From Opitutia bacterium (GTDB lineage Bacteria > Verrucomicrobiota > Verrucomicrobiia > Opitutales > UBA953), in NCBI GenBank assembly GCA_003569245.1, contig BGOM01000016.1, forward strand, positions 28,689 to 92,688: a stretch of DNA of 64,000 nt. Direction: 5' to 3'. Below the pieces are notes generated by a model. It made no database searches, had not been told where the DNA came from, and saw nothing but the letters and a program-made list of their open reading frames with translations. The position numbers were made by a program, and so were the translations under genes. Shown piece by piece: positions 1 through 10,400 of the stretch (position 1 is the first letter of the stretch; each line of letters opens with the position of its first letter).

Positions 1-99
1 GAACGCGTCGCGCAGGCGGCGCACCGTGGCGGGGCCCACGCCGGGCAGGGCGTTCAGGAGCAGGCGTTGCGCGAGCGGATCCGCGGGAATCGGGAACAT
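1..99 (-). CDS. 5' end of a gene that runs off the window. N-terminus MFPIPADPLAQRLLLNALPGVGPATVRRLRDAF carries a helix-hairpin-helix-like motif; a DprA/Smf-like N-terminus is one possibility
   Basis: ATG at 99 (minus strand), open to the window edge, 21 nt downstream of the nnr stop. Only 33 codons are visible. Confidence 0.3.
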   Translation of the reverse strand, partial: MFPIPADPLAQRLLLNALPGVGPATVRRLRDAF

Positions 100-120
100 C
101 CCGCCATCCTGTCGGCCCGG

Positions 121-1608
121 TCAATCGAGCAAGGCCGGGGATAGCTCAGCCAGGAGCTCGGTGGTTCTCACCGCCTCCTCCCCCTGTCTTTCCCCCAGGA
201 GGTCGGCCGCGCGCCCATGCCAGGTCGCCGCCACCACCACCGCGTCGAAGGCGTCGAGCCCGAGCTCGGCGCGGCGCGCGAGCGTCGCGGCGACGATCCC
301 CGCGAGCAGGTCGCCGGAGCCGCCGCGCGCCAGCACGGGCCCGCCGAAGGGGATGTGCGTCACGCGCTTCCCGTCCGTCACGCACGTGAGCGGTCCTTTG
401 AGCACGACGATCGCGCCGGTCCGCCGCGCGTAGGCTTGGGCGGCGGCGACGCCGGCGGCGCGGCCGGACAGGCGGCGGAATTCCCCGGCGTGCGGCAGCA
501 GCACGAGCGGGGCCGCGCGACGGGCCGCCGCGACCACGGTCGGCCGGAGCGCATCCGCGTCGAGCACCAGCGCGCCCGCGAAGGCGCGGACCAGCCGACG
601 CAGGAAAGCCTCGGCCGTCGCCCCCATGCCCGAGCCCGCGAGCAAGGCGTCCTTGTTCGCCAGCGCCGGGCGCAGCCGCGCCCAACCGGTGGTCGCGAGC
701 GTCCCCCGCCGGTCGGTCGGCAACCCGCGCCACATCGCCTCCGGCAATGCGGTGGCGGCGCGCGGGACCAGCGTCCGCGGCAGCGCGGTGGTGACCAGGC
801 CCGCGCCCGCCCGCAACGCCGCCAGCGTGTTCATCAGCACCGCGCCCGGAAAGTCGTCGGACCCGCCGACGATGAGCAGGCGGCCCTGCCGGCGCTTCTC
901 GGTGTCGGCGGCGCGCGGCCGGCGCAGCGGCGCCAGGACCGCGTCGGTCGAGCAGGACTCGGCCGCCTCCGGGAACGTCAGCCCCAGGTCGACGACGCGG
1001 AGCCGGCCGACGAACCGACGGGCGCGGGGCGCGAGCAACGGGCGTTTCAGGCAGCCCAGGGAGAAGGTGACGTCGGCGCGGAAAGCCGGGCCGGTCGCGT
1101 CGTCCCCCAGACCGCTCGGCAGGTCGACCGCCACGCGCAGTCCCTGGAGCGCATCGGTGGCGCGCAGGAAGCGGACGAGGTCGGCCGGCGGTTTCCCGCG
1201 CAAGCCCTGGCCCAGCACGCCGTCGAGGATGAGGCAGAAGGGGCTCCGCGCGAGCCGCGGCAGCGTGGCGGCGGCGGCCACGCGCATGCCCTTCCCGAAG
1301 CGCCGCCAAATCGTGGCGGGCTGGCCCGCCCTCGGGGCGCCCTGCGCGAAGACGACGGTCACCTCCGCGCCCTCGTCGACGAACACGCTGGCCGCGAGGA
1401 TCGCATCCGCGCCGTTGTTGCCTTTGCCCGCGAGCACCAGCACGCGGCGGGCCGGGCGGCGGAGCAGGCGGGCCGAGCGCACGGCGAGGTTCGCCGCGGC
1501 GCGGATCATGAGGTCGAACGAGCGCCCGGCCTCGCCGCCGATCGCCGCCGCCTCGACGGCGGCCGCCGCGGCGCAGGACAGGACCGGCAGGGCGGCGGCG
1601 GGCTCCAT
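121..1608 (-). CDS. nnr: Bifunctional NAD(P)H-hydrate repair enzyme (YjeF_N epimerase + ADP-dependent dehydratase)
   Basis: 495-aa ORF. N-terminal 'VLVLAGKGNNGADA' is the YjeF_N motif. The C-terminal carbohydrate-kinase-like part has 'LLIVGGSDDFPGA' and 'GSGDLLAGIVAA'. Confidence 0.85.
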   Translation of the reverse strand: MEPAAALPVLSCAAAAAVEAAAIGGEAGRSFDLMIRAAANLAVRSARLLRRPARRVLVLAGKGNNGADAILAASVFVDEGAEVTVVFAQGAPRAGQPATIWRRFGKGMRVAAAATLPRLARSPFCLILDGVLGQGLRGKPPADLVRFLRATDALQGLRVAVDLPSGLGDDATGPAFRADVTFSLGCLKRPLLAPRARRFVGRLRVVDLGLTFPEAAESCSTDAVLAPLRRPRAADTEKRRQGRLLIVGGSDDFPGAVLMNTLAALRAGAGLVTTALPRTLVPRAATALPEAMWRGLPTDRRGTLATTGWARLRPALANKDALLAGSGMGATAEAFLRRLVRAFAGALVLDADALRPTVVAAARRAAPLVLLPHAGEFRRLSGRAAGVAAAQAYARRTGAIVVLKGPLTCVTDGKRVTHIPFGGPVLARGGSGDLLAGIVAATLARRAELGLDAFDAVVVAATWHGRAADLLGERQGEEAVRTTELLAELSPALLD

Positions 1609-1609
1609 C

Positions 1610-2005
1610 TCAGCGCACGAGGACCGCGAAGGCCTGCGCCAGGTCGTCGGTATGGGTGAGCGACACCAGGAGGCGCGACGCGCCCCGCTTCGCGAGCAAC
1701 GCGCGGCCCCGTTCGTCGAGCTCGACCACCGGCTCGCCGTCGGGTCCGCTGAGGATCGCGACGCTCGTCAGCGCCAGCTCGGCGCCGAAGCCCGTCCCGA
1801 AGGCCTTGCTCGCCGCTTCTTTCGCGGCGAAGCGCGCCGCGAGCGACGGGAGCGGGTCGGCCTTGGCCAGGCAGAGCGCCTGCTCGGCCGGGGTGAAGAC
1901 CTTGGCGAGGAACGCCTCGCCATGCCGCGCGTGCGCCGAGCGGATGCGGGCGACCTCGGTCAGGTCGACGCCCACGCCGATGACGTTGCCGCCGGCGAGG
2001 TTCAT
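1610..2005 (-). CDS. acpS: Holo-[acyl-carrier-protein] synthase
   Basis: 131-aa C-terminal part of ORF 1610..2500: MNLAGGNVIGVGVDLTEVARI...RFAAKEAASKA...SLTHTD. ATG at 2005 overlaps the pdxJ stop (ATGA). Confidence 0.85.
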   Translation of the reverse strand: MNLAGGNVIGVGVDLTEVARIRSAHARHGEAFLAKVFTPAEQALCLAKADPLPSLAARFAAKEAASKAFGTGFGAELALTSVAILSGPDGEPVVELDERGRALLAKRGASRLLVSLTHTDDLAQAFAVLVR

Positions 2006-2754
2006 GCGCCGCCCCGGAGATGGGCCTTCATCTCCGCCACCGCCGCGCGGACGCCCGTCAGGAGCGAGCGCGCCACGATGGTGTGGCCGATGTTGAGCTC
2101 GTGCAGGTGCGGGAGCGTGCGGATGGCGCGGATGTTGTCGTAGTTGATGCCGTGGCCGGCGTTGACCACGAGCCCGCGGCGGTGGGCGTGCTCGCATCCG
2201 GCGCGGAGCCGCGCCAGCTCGTCGTCCGCCGCCGGGCTCAGCCAGACGTTGGCGAACGCGCCGGTGTGCAACTCGACGACCGGGGCGCCGACGGCGTGGG
2301 CGGCGTCGATCTGCGCGACCTCGGGGCCGATGAACAGGGAAACCTCGATGCCGGCGTCGCGCAGCGCGGCCACGGTGGCCGCGACGCGCTCGCGCTGGCC
2401 GGCGACCTCCAGGCCGCCCTCGGTCGTGACCTCCTCGCGGGACTCCGGGACCAGGCAGACGGCGGCCGGCCGGAGCCGCCGGGCGAAGTCGGTCATCCAC
2501 GGCGTGCAGGCCATCTCGAGGTTGAGCCGCACGCCCGGGAGCCGGGCGATCGCGAGGACGTCGTCCTCCTGGATGTGGCGGCGGTCCTCGCGCAGGTGCA
2601 CGGTGATGCCGTCGGCGCCGCCGGCCAGGGCCTCGCGGGTGAAGGCGAGCGGGCTCGGTTCCGCGTGCGGGCCGGCGTGGGCGCCGCGGTAGCGGGCCTG
2701 GCGGAGGGTCGCGGCGTGGTCGATGTTGACGCCGAGGAGGATCGGTCGGCTCAT
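2002..2754 (-). CDS. pdxJ: Pyridoxine 5'-phosphate synthase
   Basis: 250 aa. 'LGVNIDHAATLRQAR', 'ELHTG.FA' and 'VNAGHGINY' are PdxJ hallmarks. Confidence 0.9.
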   Translation of the reverse strand: MSRPILLGVNIDHAATLRQARYRGAHAGPHAEPSPLAFTREALAGGADGITVHLREDRRHIQEDDVLAIARLPGVRLNLEMACTPWMTDFARRLRPAAVCLVPESREEVTTEGGLEVAGQRERVAATVAALRDAGIEVSLFIGPEVAQIDAAHAVGAPVVELHTGAFANVWLSPAADDELARLRAGCEHAHRRGLVVNAGHGINYDNIRAIRTLPHLHELNIGHTIVARSLLTGVRAAVAEMKAHLRGGA

Positions 2755-5090
2755 TGTTTCCTCAGCTTATCGAGCTCCTTCTGGATCTTCTCCTTGTCGT
2801 GCACCAGCTTGCGACCCAGCTCGGGCTCGTCGCACTTGCCGAAGTAGGGCAGCATCACGTCGATGAGGCCGAGCACCGTCTTCATGCGGAAGACGTCGTT
2901 GCCGGTGTCCTCCATCTCGCGGACGTAGATGCGCCGCATCTCCTCGAGGAAGAAGCGTTCCAGTTTCTTGTTGCCCTTCACGGCGGCGTAGAAGTTGTCG
3001 AGCAGCCCGCGGAACGTCGGCAGGTGCTCCCGGTTGTCCTGCAGGGCGTGGCGCAGGTAGAAGAAGAGGTTCTCCTGGCCCTTCGGGGTCGTGTCCTTGA
3101 CCAGCTGGCGGGCGGTGCGCTCGGCCGCGAGGACGATGAGGTCGTAGCGGGTCTTGTCCATCGTGTCGCCGTGCAGGCGCTTCTTCTCGCGCATGAAGAC
3201 CTCGTAGGACTGGCGGCACTCCTTGAAGATCTGCTCGGGCGTCATCTTCGGGTCCGTCCAGACATGCTTCTCCGCGTAGCCGTCGGCGATCGCGAGCATG
3301 TCGGGCCAGCGCTTGTCCTCGTCGGACACGTTGAACGCCACGCGCATGTCGCGCAGGAACCCGCGCCAGCGCTCGTGGTCGGCCTTGGGCCCGAGGTCCT
3401 CGAGGCAGGCGGCGGCCTCCTTCCAGGCGTCGATGGACAGCTCGGCGGCGTGGGTGGCGAAGCGCAGGCAGGCGTAGCGCCCCTCCTGGTCGGTGTTGGC
3501 GGCGTAGACGCGGGCCGCGAGGCGCAGGCGGAAGGCTTTCTCGTAATGGGACTTCATCCGGCGCTTGGGGTCGCCGGTGATCTGGACCTCGAACTCCCCG
3601 ATGCTGCGGCCCGTCTGCGGGTCGCGGGTGTGGCCGTTCGCGTAGCCGTCGGCGTAGCGGCCGGTACCCGGCAGGTTGCGGGGTTCGTTGAAGGGGCGGA
3701 AGCCGTTGCCCATGTTCCACTGGTGGTTCGGCATCAGGTAGGCGAACCAGGCGTGGCCGCCGCGGTTGCCGTCGCCGCCGACGGAGGCCGCGGGGATGCC
3801 GTAGGCGCGCGCGGCGGTGGTGCCGAAGTGGGACTGGTCCATGCAGATGCCGCCGACCTCGAGGATCTCCTCGAGCGTGCCGCGGGTGAAGCTCTCCGCC
3901 AGCGGCTTGTAGGCCTTCTTGCCCGGCGGGGCCTTCGGGGGCTTGGCGCCCGTGACGAAGTCCATGCGGTAGTTGATCATCGGGTAGGCCTCGCTCCAAT
4001 CCTTCTGCTGGTCGCCGTTGGCCAGCTTGAGCTTCCGGAGGTCGTTCTCCTTGAGGGCCCATTCCATCTCCTCGGTCGTCGCCTCGGCGCTCACCACCCA
4101 GATGAGCTCGTAGGGTTCGAGCTTCTTGAGGTCCGTCTCCAGCCGTTGGCGCTGGGCGTTGTCGCGGAAGTAGCGGTAGCGCTCCAGCGCGTCGACCGTG
4201 AAGCGCTCATGCTTGGGGTCGCGGGCGCGGGCGAAGGTGAACTTCTGATCGAAGACCAGGGCGGTCGCCACCTGCAGGTTGACGTACTTGCCCTTGAGCT
4301 CCTTGGCGTCGTCGTTGGCCAGGCGCGCCCAGACGCGGAGGGCGTTGCCGAGGTTGTCCCCGGGTTTGACGTTGGCGAGGAACAGCTCCATCCGTTCGGC
4401 GTCGCCCAGCAGCTCGATGAGGAAAGGCTGGACCTGCTCGTCGGTCATGAACTCCCGCAGGGTCTTCGGAGTCACCTGGCGCACGAAATCCGCCTGCGTC
4501 AGGCCGATCGCGAAGTAGTTGCTTTCCCAGAGGTCATCGAAGCGGCGGGCCCCGTCGGTCGCCGAGGTGGCGGTGAGCGCGGGGTACAGGCCGTAGCGGA
4601 GCCGGTCGTAATGGCTCTCCCACTTGCCGTCGTAGACCCGGGCCTTGGTGTCGGCCAGCAGCGTCGCGCGACACTGCGGGTCGCGGCGCGAGATGGAGTC
4701 GAACGGGTAGGGGCGGGGGGCCAGGGCGGGCAGTGCCTCCTTCACCGTCGGCGTCACCGCGGTGGCGGGGCCGGTCGGCTTGATCGGCGGCTCGACGGCG
4801 GGGCCGGTGCCGGCGGTGGTGCCCGGGACCGTCTCGGTGACGGCGGCGGGCGCGGTCTTGCCGCCGAAGAAACCGGCCACGTCATCGATCAGGCTGGGGG
4901 CGCCGTCCTTCTCCGTGAGTTCGCGCGGGTGCAGGGTGCGGTCATAGACGGCGTAGCCGAACCAAGCCGCGGCCACGAGCACCGGGAGGAGGATGCCGAT
5001 GAGGATGGCTTCGCCGTTCGCGCCTTGGGACGAGGGCTTCTTTGTAGGCAGGGGTTTGGGTTCGAGCGGCGCACGCATGTCTGGGGTCAC
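2751..5090 (-). CDS. Membrane-anchored transglutaminase-like (papain-fold Cys/His) protein with a long helical C-terminal region
   Basis: 779 aa with one N-terminal TM (AILIGILLPVLVAAAWFGYAVY). Core 'GGICMDQSHFGTTAARAYGIPAA...GGHAWFAY' matches the transglutaminase-like C...ARA.GIPAR...HAW pattern (Cys416 codon at 3843..3845). Its stop overlaps the pdxJ start. Confidence 0.6.
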   Translation of the reverse strand: MTPDMRAPLEPKPLPTKKPSSQGANGEAILIGILLPVLVAAAWFGYAVYDRTLHPRELTEKDGAPSLIDDVAGFFGGKTAPAAVTETVPGTTAGTGPAVEPPIKPTGPATAVTPTVKEALPALAPRPYPFDSISRRDPQCRATLLADTKARVYDGKWESHYDRLRYGLYPALTATSATDGARRFDDLWESNYFAIGLTQADFVRQVTPKTLREFMTDEQVQPFLIELLGDAERMELFLANVKPGDNLGNALRVWARLANDDAKELKGKYVNLQVATALVFDQKFTFARARDPKHERFTVDALERYRYFRDNAQRQRLETDLKKLEPYELIWVVSAEATTEEMEWALKENDLRKLKLANGDQQKDWSEAYPMINYRMDFVTGAKPPKAPPGKKAYKPLAESFTRGTLEEILEVGGICMDQSHFGTTAARAYGIPAASVGGDGNRGGHAWFAYLMPNHQWNMGNGFRPFNEPRNLPGTGRYADGYANGHTRDPQTGRSIGEFEVQITGDPKRRMKSHYEKAFRLRLAARVYAANTDQEGRYACLRFATHAAELSIDAWKEAAACLEDLGPKADHERWRGFLRDMRVAFNVSDEDKRWPDMLAIADGYAEKHVWTDPKMTPEQIFKECRQSYEVFMREKKRLHGDTMDKTRYDLIVLAAERTARQLVKDTTPKGQENLFFYLRHALQDNREHLPTFRGLLDNFYAAVKGNKKLERFFLEEMRRIYVREMEDTGNDVFRMKTVLGLIDVMLPYFGKCDEPELGRKLVHDKEKIQKELDKLRKQ

Positions 5091-5179
5091 ACCTTAGCCC
5101 TTTGCTTGGCCGGGTCAAAATCCAACCACGCGGCTGGGGTGAAATCACCCCGGAAAGCCCCGGATTAACGGGTGGGGCG

Positions 5180-7384
5180 TTATTTCGCGCCCTTCTCCGA
5201 GGCCTCTTTCGCCTTCTGGCCTTCCTTGCGCAGCCGGAGCCCGCGTTGCCCCTGACCGCATTTGCGGAAATACACGTACAGTTCCTCGGTCATCTCGAAG
5301 AACTCCGCGGCCGGCAGGTCGACCTTCCGCCGGAAGGTCCGCTCGGCATCGTCGAGGAAGCGCCGTTCCAGCGTCTCGTCCCCTTTCACCGTCGCGTAGT
5401 AATCGGCCAGCAGGCCGCGGAACTCGGCCATGTCGCCCGCGCAGTTCTCGAGGGCCTCGCGGTAGAGGGCGGAGATTTCCTTCTCGTTCGCGGACCGGTC
5501 CCGGGCGAGCACCCGGGCCGCGCGAGCGACCCCCGCGAGGTAGAGGTCGCGGCGGGCCGGGAAATCCCGGAGCCATCGGCGGAGACGATCCTCGAGCGTC
5601 CGGACGGCCTCGGCCGCGGGGACGCGCCCGAGGAGGAAGCGCGCCTCCTGCTCGTCCGCCAGGTCGCGCATGTCGGCGGAGTCGTCGAAGGCGCGGCGGA
5701 GTTCCGCCAGCGTCGCCGCCCACGGCGCGGTCGGCGCGGCCTCGTCGGTGGCCATCGCCGCGAGCCGTTCGCGCCAAGCCGGCAGGGAGCGGTCGCAGGC
5801 CTTGCACGCCGCGGCGAGACAGGCCTGTTGCCGCCCGGGATCGCCGAGCTGCGCGGCCAGCCGGGCCATCAGCCGCAACCGCGTGCACCGGTCGGCCTCC
5901 GGGCCCGTCCGCCGCCGGTCGACCAAGGCGGCCAGTTCGAACTCGCCCACGGGCAGCCCCGTCTGCGGATCCAAGGCGGTGCCGTTCGCGGCGCCGGTCG
6001 CCGGCCGGCCGAGCCCCAGCTCCCAGCGGCGCGGATCCTTCTGGAACGCGGCCCAGAGCGGCGGCGCGGTCCGGCCGGCCGCCCGGCCCTTCAGCGTGGC
6101 GGCGGGGATGCCGAAGGCCCGGGCGGATTCGACGGCGAAGGCGACCGGGTCGCCGCCGAACTTGAACGAGAATTCGAGCGACCCGGCGTCCACCTCCGCG
6201 ATCTTCGCCTGGGCCGTCTTCGAAAGTTTCGGCTCGGCGTTCTTGCCTGCCGGCCGGTTCGTCGGCGTGAGGAGCTTGGCCAGCGTGCCGCCCTGCGCGA
6301 CGAGCTCGAAGGTCTTGGCCCAGTCGTCCGCGTCGAGCCGGCGCAGCTTCGTCTCGGCGTGCGCCCAATGGAGGTCCGGATCGCCCGCCTCGCTGCCGGC
6401 GACCCAGAGCAGCGCGTCGACCGGCAGCTTGGTCACGTCGGTCTTCAGGCGACCCTCCTCGGCCGCGCTCCGGAAGAAGGCGTAGCGGGTCAGCGGGTTG
6501 ATGGCTTCCTCCGGGTCCTGCGCCAGCGTCCGTTCGCGGTCGAAGACGAGGGCGAACGCGACCTGCAGACGGAGGTATTTGCCGCGCAGCGGCGCAGGGT
6601 CGGCGTTCCAGGCGAGCGCCCAGACCTTGAGGGCCGCCGGTACCTCATCCTCCGGTTTCACCTGCGCGAGGAACGTCTCCATCCACTCGGGGCGCCGGAG
6701 GAGCTCCTCGAGGAAACCCGCGAGGCCCTCGCTTTCGGCGAGGCGGCGCAGCGACTCCGGTCCGGTCCGCGTCGTGAAGCCCTCCGTCGAGCCGGCGCGG
6801 GCGATCAGCAGGGCCTGCCCGGCGCCGACGGCGAAGAGCGGGTCGCGCCAAAGTTCCTCGCAGGCTTTCCCCTCGGGGTCGGTCTTGGTCGCGATCAAGG
6901 CCGCTCGCAGGCCTGGTTGCAGTTTCGCGAGGTGCTCCTCCCAGCGACCGTCGAACAACCGGGCCCGCGTGTCCGCGAGCAACGCGGCGAGCTTCGTCGG
7001 GTCTCGTCGGGCCGCCGGGCTGAAATCGTACGGCGCGGGATCGAGCGGCGGCTTGGCGACCAGGTCGGCTTTCGCGGCTTCCGCCTTGCGGGGGCCGGTC
7101 CCGCCATCGACCCCGCCGATCCCGGGCGCCGGTTCGGGCTTCTCACCGCGCGGCTTGAAGAAATCGGCGAAGAAGCCGGCGTCTTCGCTCGGCGGCGGTG
7201 CGCCCGACCCGGGCGCGGGGGTCGGTGCGGTCGCGGAGGCGGGGGCGTTCGTCGCGGCGGGTCGAAGTTCCTGCTCCGGGCGCAGGGCGAGGACGCCGGC
7301 GGCCACGGCAAGGATGCCGAGTCCCGTCGCGCCTACCCAGACGAGACGGCGGCGGGACGCGGGGGTTGCCTCGGGAGCCGTCAT
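5180..7384 (-). CDS. Paralogue of the 2751..5090 protein that lacks the Cys/His residues (pseudo-transglutaminase-like, membrane-anchored)
   Basis: Start moved to ATG 7384 (MTAPEATPASRRRLVWVGATGLGILAVAAG: RRR followed by a TM). Similar to the neighbour along the full length (PYDFSPAARRDP..LLADTRARLFDGRWEEH vs PYPFDSISRRDP..LLADTKARVYDGKWESH; ARAFGIPAA vs ARAYGIPAA; FRGLLADYYATVKG vs FRGLLDNFYAAVKG). Gly sits at the Cys position and 'PPLW' replaces 'GHAW'. Confidence 0.6.
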   Translation of the reverse strand: MTAPEATPASRRRLVWVGATGLGILAVAAGVLALRPEQELRPAATNAPASATAPTPAPGSGAPPPSEDAGFFADFFKPRGEKPEPAPGIGGVDGGTGPRKAEAAKADLVAKPPLDPAPYDFSPAARRDPTKLAALLADTRARLFDGRWEEHLAKLQPGLRAALIATKTDPEGKACEELWRDPLFAVGAGQALLIARAGSTEGFTTRTGPESLRRLAESEGLAGFLEELLRRPEWMETFLAQVKPEDEVPAALKVWALAWNADPAPLRGKYLRLQVAFALVFDRERTLAQDPEEAINPLTRYAFFRSAAEEGRLKTDVTKLPVDALLWVAGSEAGDPDLHWAHAETKLRRLDADDWAKTFELVAQGGTLAKLLTPTNRPAGKNAEPKLSKTAQAKIAEVDAGSLEFSFKFGGDPVAFAVESARAFGIPAATLKGRAAGRTAPPLWAAFQKDPRRWELGLGRPATGAANGTALDPQTGLPVGEFELAALVDRRRTGPEADRCTRLRLMARLAAQLGDPGRQQACLAAACKACDRSLPAWRERLAAMATDEAAPTAPWAATLAELRRAFDDSADMRDLADEQEARFLLGRVPAAEAVRTLEDRLRRWLRDFPARRDLYLAGVARAARVLARDRSANEKEISALYREALENCAGDMAEFRGLLADYYATVKGDETLERRFLDDAERTFRRKVDLPAAEFFEMTEELYVYFRKCGQGQRGLRLRKEGQKAKEASEKGAK

Positions 7385-7415
7385 GGTCGCGGTCCGACTA
7401 TGACGCGGCCGGACC

Positions 7416-10400
7416 CTATGACAAAGGCTTAATACGTCCGCGCCGCAACGTCTCGGCGAGCGCGGGCGCCGTCGGCGACTTCCGGTGGGCGGCCAGCGAC
7501 TCAGGGTCCCCGGCGTGGACGAGCCGGCCCCCGGCGTTGCCGCCTTCGGGCCCGATCTCCAGGATCCAGTCCGCCTCGGCGAGGACATCGGGGTGGTGCT
7601 CGATGACCACGACCGTGTGACCTTGGTCGACGAGCGCGTGGAGCAGCTCGATCAGGCGGCGGCAGTCCGACTGGTGCAGGCCGATCGTCGGTTCCTCGAG
7701 GATGTAGAGGTTGGGGCGGATCTCGCCGCGCGAACGCTCGCGGAAGGTCGGCAGGCCTTGCGCGAGCTCGCTCACGAGCTTGAGGCGCTGGGCTTCGCCG
7801 CCCGAAAGCGTCGGGCTGCTCTGGCCGAGCGTGAGGTAACCCAGCCCGGTCTTCACCATCAGGCCGCAGAGGTCGCCCAGCTTGGCGTCGAACGACAGGA
7901 ACGCGGCGGCTTCCTCGAACGTCATCGCGAGCAGGTCGGCCGCCGACTTGCCGTTCCAGCGGATCGCCTTGGCGGCGGCCCCGTAGCGCGTGCCCGCGCA
8001 TTCCTCGCAGGGGACGTAGGTGTCGGGCAGGAAGCTCATCTCGAGCTTGATGCGGCCGGCGCCGGAGCAGGCCTCGCAGCGGCCGCCGGAAGTATTGAAC
8101 GAGAAGAAGCCGGCGCCATGACCGCGGATCGCCGCCTCGGGCAGGGACGCGAGGCGTTCGCGGATGAGGTCCCAGGCGCCGACGTAGGTCGCCGGCGTCG
8201 AGCGCGGCGTCTTGCCGATCGGCTCCTGGTCGACCACCACGAGCTGACGGAAGCCCTTGAGGCCGCTGAGCGTCGCGAAGGCGGGTTTGCCCTCGTGCGC
8301 CACCGCGGCGAGCGCCTCCTTGCCGGTCAGCCCGTCCTTCTTCTTCGCCAGCGCGGCGCGGATCGCCGGCGCGAGCAGGTCGGTGACCAGCGTCGATTTG
8401 CCGGCGCCGGAGACGCCGCAGACGACCGTGAGCCGGCCGACCGGGAGCTCGACGTCGAACCCCTTGAGGTTGCGCAGCGAGGCCTGCTTGAGCCGGACCC
8501 AGGCGGCGGGCGCGCCTTTGCCGGCGACCGGTCGCCGCGCGCCGCGGAGCGGGTGCGGGATGGCTTCCTTGAGGAACCGGCCGGTGACGGAGTCGGTCTG
8601 TTTCTCGAGCGCGGCCGCGGTGCCTTGCGCGACGATCCGGCCGCCGTGGACGCCGGCGCCCGGGCCGAGGTCCACCACGAGGTCGGCGGCGCGCATGGTA
8701 TCCTCGTCGTGCTCGACGACCAGGACGGTGTTGCCGCGGTCGCGGAGGCCCTTGAGGGAGCCGATGAGGCGGTCGTTATCCCGCGGGTGCAGGCCGATGC
8801 TCGGCTCATCGAGCACGTAGAGGGCTCCGGAAAGCGTCGAGCCCAGCTGCGCCGCCAGCCGGATGCGCTGCGCCTCGCCGCCCGAGAGCGTGTCGGCGCC
8901 GCGGTCGAGCGCGAGGTAGCCGAGGCCGACCGAATCGAGGAAGCGCAGGCGCGCGGCGATCTCGGGCAGCAAGGCGCCCACGATGGCCTGTTCACGGGGC
9001 GCCAGCCTGAGCCCGGAAAGGAACGCGAGGGACTCGTCGGGCTGCAGGCGCAGCAGCCCGGGCAGCGAGAGCGAGCGGCCCTTGGGTCCGGCGAGCTTCA
9101 CCGAGCGGCCGATCGGGCCGAGGCGTTCGCCCTGGCAGGTCGGGCAGACTTCCTCGCCGACGCGGTCCGCGATGGCGTTCTCGTTGATCGACTCCTCCTC
9201 GTCGGACGAGAAGGTCGCGACCTCGCGGCCGTGGCCGCGGCAATCCGGACACCAGCCGCGCGGCGAGTTCCAGGAAAGGTGCTTCGGGTCGACCTCGGGG
9301 AAGGATTCGCCGGTGGCGGGGTCGCTGCGCGACGTGGAGAGATAGGCGACCTGCCGGCCGTCCGGGCCGAGGAGCACGCACGCGTTCTTGCCGGCGGCGA
9401 GCGTCTGCCGGACGAGCGCGCGCAGGGCCTTCTCCCCGGACTCCTCGGTCTCGTCGGGCCGGCGGATCAGGCCGTCGGCGCGCAGTTCGCCGAAGACGGC
9501 GTCGACGTCGTGCTCGGCATAACGGTCGAGCCCGGCGAAGCCGTCGACCTTGAGCAACCGGCCGTCGCAGCGGAGCACGCGCAGGCCCTTCGTCTCGGCC
9601 CATTCGGCCAGGGGGCGATGGTGGCCCTTGCGGGACCGGACGAGCGGGGCGGCGAGGAGCAGCGCGCCTTTCTTCAGGGCCTTGGCCTTCCGGGCGATGA
9701 GGCGCACCACCGCATCCTCGGTCATCTCCTCGAGGGGTTCGCCCGTGGTCGGGCTGTGCAGCACGCCGGCGCGCGCGAAGAGCACGCGCAGGTATTGGGC
9801 CACCTCCGTGACCGTCGCGACGGTCGATTTCGCGGAGCCGCGGGTCACGCGCTGCTCGATGGCGACCGTCGGCGGCAGGCCCGTGAGCGCGTCGATGTCG
9901 GGCTTCGGCAGCTGCTCGACGAACTGGCGGGCGTAGGCCGAGACGCATTCGAGGAAGCGGCGCTGGCCTTCGGCGAAGAGGATGTCGAACGCGAGGGACG
10001 ACTTGCCGGAGCCGGAGACGCCGGTCATCACCGTGAGCGAGCCATGCGGGATCTCCAAGGAGACATCCCGCAGGTTGTGCTCGCGGGCGCCGCGCAAGGA
10101 GATCGCGGTCGGGCGCGGCGCGGCGGGGCCGGTCGCGGCGGCGGCGAAGGCGTCGTCGCCCCGGGCGAGGAACCGTCCGGTGACCGTGCCGGCCTGCGCG
10201 ACCGCGGCGGGCGGACCTTCGGCGACGAGGCGGCCGCCGGCGGGGCCGGCCTCGGGCCCCATCTCCAGGAGCCAGTCGCAGGCCTTCAGCACGTCGAGGT
10301 GGTGCTCCACCACGACGAGCGAGTGGCCGGCTTCCGTGAGCCGGTGCAGCAGGCCGATGAGGCGCGCCACGTCCTCGCGGTGCAGGCCCGTCGTCGGCTC

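Noticed and set aside
26-433. 135-aa plus-strand ORF at the window start
   Set aside because: It is antisense to nnr and to the partial upstream gene, and its Ser/Ala/Arg/Pro-rich translation has no motif.
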